Of a stretch of 64,000 nucleotides of DNA, positions 61,600-64,000 are shown piece by piece. This DNA comes from Bryobacterales bacterium. GTDB taxonomy: Bacteria > Acidobacteriota > Terriglobia > Bryobacterales > UBA6623. The notes under the pieces were generated by a model, which saw only the letters and a program-made list of their open reading frames with translations, was not told the DNA's origin and made no database searches. A program made the translations under genes and the position numbers. The DNA is taken from contig OY729428.2 in assembly GCA_963422375.2 (NCBI GenBank), positions 192,001 through 256,000 of the forward strand, written 5' to 3'. Within the stretch, counting starts at the first letter, position 1. Each line of letters begins with the position of its first letter.

Positions 61600-62507
61600 T
61601 AGTTCGCCTCCATGCGCTGGCCGGACGGTCCCGCGTGCCCCCGCTGCCGCGGCTCCAGCGTGCAGTCCGACGCGGCCCACCCTTCGATGCCGTACCGTTG
61701 CCGCGGCTGCGGCAAGCGCTTTTCCGTGCGCGCCGGCAGCGTGATGGCCGACACCAAGCTCGGCTACCGCACCCGGGCCGTCGCCCTGTTCCTGCTGACC
61801 ACCGGCATCAAGGGCGTCTCGAGCATGAAGCTGCACCGCGACCTAGGCATCAGCCGGAAGTCGGCCTGGCACCTGGCGCACCGCATCCGCGCGTGCCGGG
61901 AGCGGGATCAGGGCCTGTTCGCCGGCCCGGTGGAGGTGGACGAGACCTACGTCGGCGGCAAGGAGCGCAACAAGCACGAGAGGAAGAAGGCCCGTGCCGG
62001 GCGCGGGCCCGTTGGCAAGACGCCCGTGGCGGGGGCGCGGGACCGCGCCACGAACGCAGCGGCCGCGCGGCCGCTGCCGGGCACCGCCAAGGGCGACCTG
62101 CAGGGCTTCGTGCGCGCCCGCGTCGCGCCGGGGGCGCAGCTCTACTCCGACCAGGCGGCGGCCTGCGCCGGCATGGAGGAGTTCGCGCACGAAGCCGTCA
62201 GGCACTCCGGCGGCGAGTACGTGCGCGGGGCGGCGCATACGAACGGCATCGAATCGTTCCGGTCCCTGTTCGAGCGCGGCCTGTACGGAACCTATCACCG
62301 GATGAGCGTCCGTCATCTCGGCCGCTACCTCACGGAGTTCGCGGGACGGCGCAACGACCGCGACTGCGACACGGCGGAACAGATGCGGCGCATGGCGCGG
62401 GGCTTGGTCGGCCGGACGCTGACCGGCCGGCAGCTGACCGGCAAGGCCGCGGTCGCGGCCCGAGCGGCGCCCGCCGCGCTGAGCGCGGCAGCCCGCTGCG
62501 GGCGCGC

Positions 62508-62555
62508 GCTTCACGCTCGGTGCACTTCACGCTCGGTGCGCTTCACGCTCGGTGC
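62508..62555. repeat. Tandem repeat, 3 x 16 bp (RCTTCACGCTCGGTGC)
   Basis: Units at 62508, 62524 and 62540, with no spacers. Confidence 0.9.
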
Positions 62556-62895
62556 GAGGGTCGCACCGGATCCGGCATGCCCCGGTGCGACCCCGGTCCG
62601 GCCCGGACCGTCCATGCAGGCCGTCGAGCGCCGGGGATCCGCTGTCTTCGGCCCTCGCAGGGCCTGCAAGCGGCTTGCAAGGGGTGCCCTGCCACCGCCA
62701 ACCGGGTTCCACCGGGGCATGCGAGGTGGCCTCTCTAGTCCGTTCCTCGTCCAATCCGCTGGCAGGCTCGATTCAGATACGATCCCACCCCTCCGTGCCT
62801 GCCGCGGCCGCACTCGAATGACCCCAGCTCGACACCGACCTCCCTGCTCAGAGCAGTTCTCGTCGGACATGGCGTCGTCGGCACTCAGATATATA

Positions 62896-64000
62896 GTGCT
62901 TGTGACAGAACGCGCAAGCCCTTAGTTTCCGGGCGGTTGCAGCAGATCTGTGGGACGAAGATCGGGGCGATCCGGGCCGGCTTGCGCGTTTCCGGGGGTT
63001 GTGCGACAATCTTCGTTGAGGAACCGCCCGTGAGGACCGTTCAGGAGATCCAGCTCACCCTTGGCCGGACTGCAATCGAGGATATCGATCTCGACGTCCG
63101 TTCCCGCGACGATATCCCGGCCATCTTGCTAGGAATACAATTCATCTATCGCACCGAGCAGTTGCGGGACAGGGTTTTCGGACTGCTCGAGAGCCGTATC
63201 CTCGGCCTCGGTGAGAGTAGCGGGAACGGCGGGAACGGCGAGAACGGAAGCGATCCTTCCGCAGGCGAGTGCGGCAGGATCAACCCTGCCGTCGGTCGTC
63301 CCGGCATGCAGCTGTGGAATATTCTCGTCTTGGGCTTGCTCAAGCAGGGATTGAATTGCGACTACGACCGCGTGACGGAGCTGGCGAACAAGCACGCGGA
63401 CGTCCGGCGCTTCCTCGGTCTGAACGCGACGCTCGACGAGCAGGTGTTCAGCTACCGGACAGTCAACCGGAATCTGAAGCTTCTCACGCCCGACCTCCTC
63501 GCGGAAATCAATCAGCTGGTGGTGCGGGAGGGGCACGCACTGGCGGGGTACAAGGAAGGCGATCCGCTGAAGGCGCGGTGCGACTCGTTCGTGGTGGAAA
63601 CGAACGTGCATTACCCGACGGACGTGAGTCTGCTGCGGGACGCGTTGCGCTGCCTGATTCGCTCTATTGCGCCGCTGTGCAAGGGGCGCGGCATCGCGGG
63701 CTGGCGGCAGAGCACGCAGCTGCTGAAGACGCTGAAGCAGAAATTCAACCGGGTGCGGCAGGCGAAGAAGAGGAAAGGCAACCCGGAGAGGGTGCGGTCG
63801 TACCTGGAGGCGGCCCTGGAGATAGCGCAACGGGCGGAGGGTGCGCTGGCGGCCCTGGCGCAGGCCGGGGAAGACGAGGGAACCCTCAGAGCGGCAAGGA
63901 GTTACCTCGGGTACGTGCAGCTCTTGGCGGACCAAGTGGAGCGGCGCGTGCTGCGAGGGGAGAAGATCCCGCACGAGGAGAAAGTGTTCTCGATCTTTGA
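62896..64000 (+). mobile_element. ISNCY (ISDol1-like) copy 3, partial; transposase from GTG 63030 runs off the window
   Basis: Begins GTGCTTGTGACAGAACGCGC (reverse complement of the copy 1/2 end); VRTVQEIQLTLG...KVFSIF appears open. Confidence 0.92.

Larger units (their letters stand above)
59483..62895 (+). mobile_element. IS1595-family element, interrupted by ISNCY copy 2 and cut in its right IR by copy 3
   Basis: Left IR GGGAATTATATATCTGAGTGCCGA; partial right IR TCGGCACTCAGATATATA (62878-62895). Transposase MKKSCLGKWFRKDITLIEVIAMFPDDESAEK*F (from 59621) resumes as ASMRWPDGPACPRC...VEVDETYVGG...HTNGIESF at 61606. Confidence 0.88.

Noticed and set aside
62508..62555. Possible CRISPR array
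   Set aside because: Three contiguous 16-bp units without spacers, and no cas genes seen. No CRISPR array was found in the window.

Overview
High-GC bacterial window. The gene content (TonB receptor, ASPIC/UnbV, TPR, DUF1549/1553 and DUF1501 proteins) suggests Acidobacteriota; this is inference only. 1-28.5 kb is mostly intact core genome: a secreted propeller+PHP hydrolase, cysQ, GAF, uxaA, tRNA-Met, lolA, alaC, a TetR-controlled RND pump, kdsA, SDR, adk, a large SNF2 helicase, truB, waaF, two amidohydrolases and a 2-hydroxyacid dehydrogenase. About 28.9-50 kb is a decaying accessory region. It holds stacked IS1595, ISNCY and IS1380 remnants, broken and intact Planctomycete-type DUF modules, and an AbiE-like TA fragment. 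It also holds a type I R-M locus in which hsdM is frameshifted at a C14 tract, hsdS has only one TRD, and two disarmed toxin modules (HicBA; HTH-ImmA/IrrE + DUF4411 PIN) are embedded. 50.4-59.5 kb is an ASPIC-TonB-TPR-ASPIC cluster. The window ends in an IS1595 element hit by two ISNCY copies. The most striking cross-cutting signal is that decaying DNA has accumulated strongly directional A:T->G:C substitutions plus many 8-18 bp tandem duplications. All calls come from reading motifs by eye; no searches were run.
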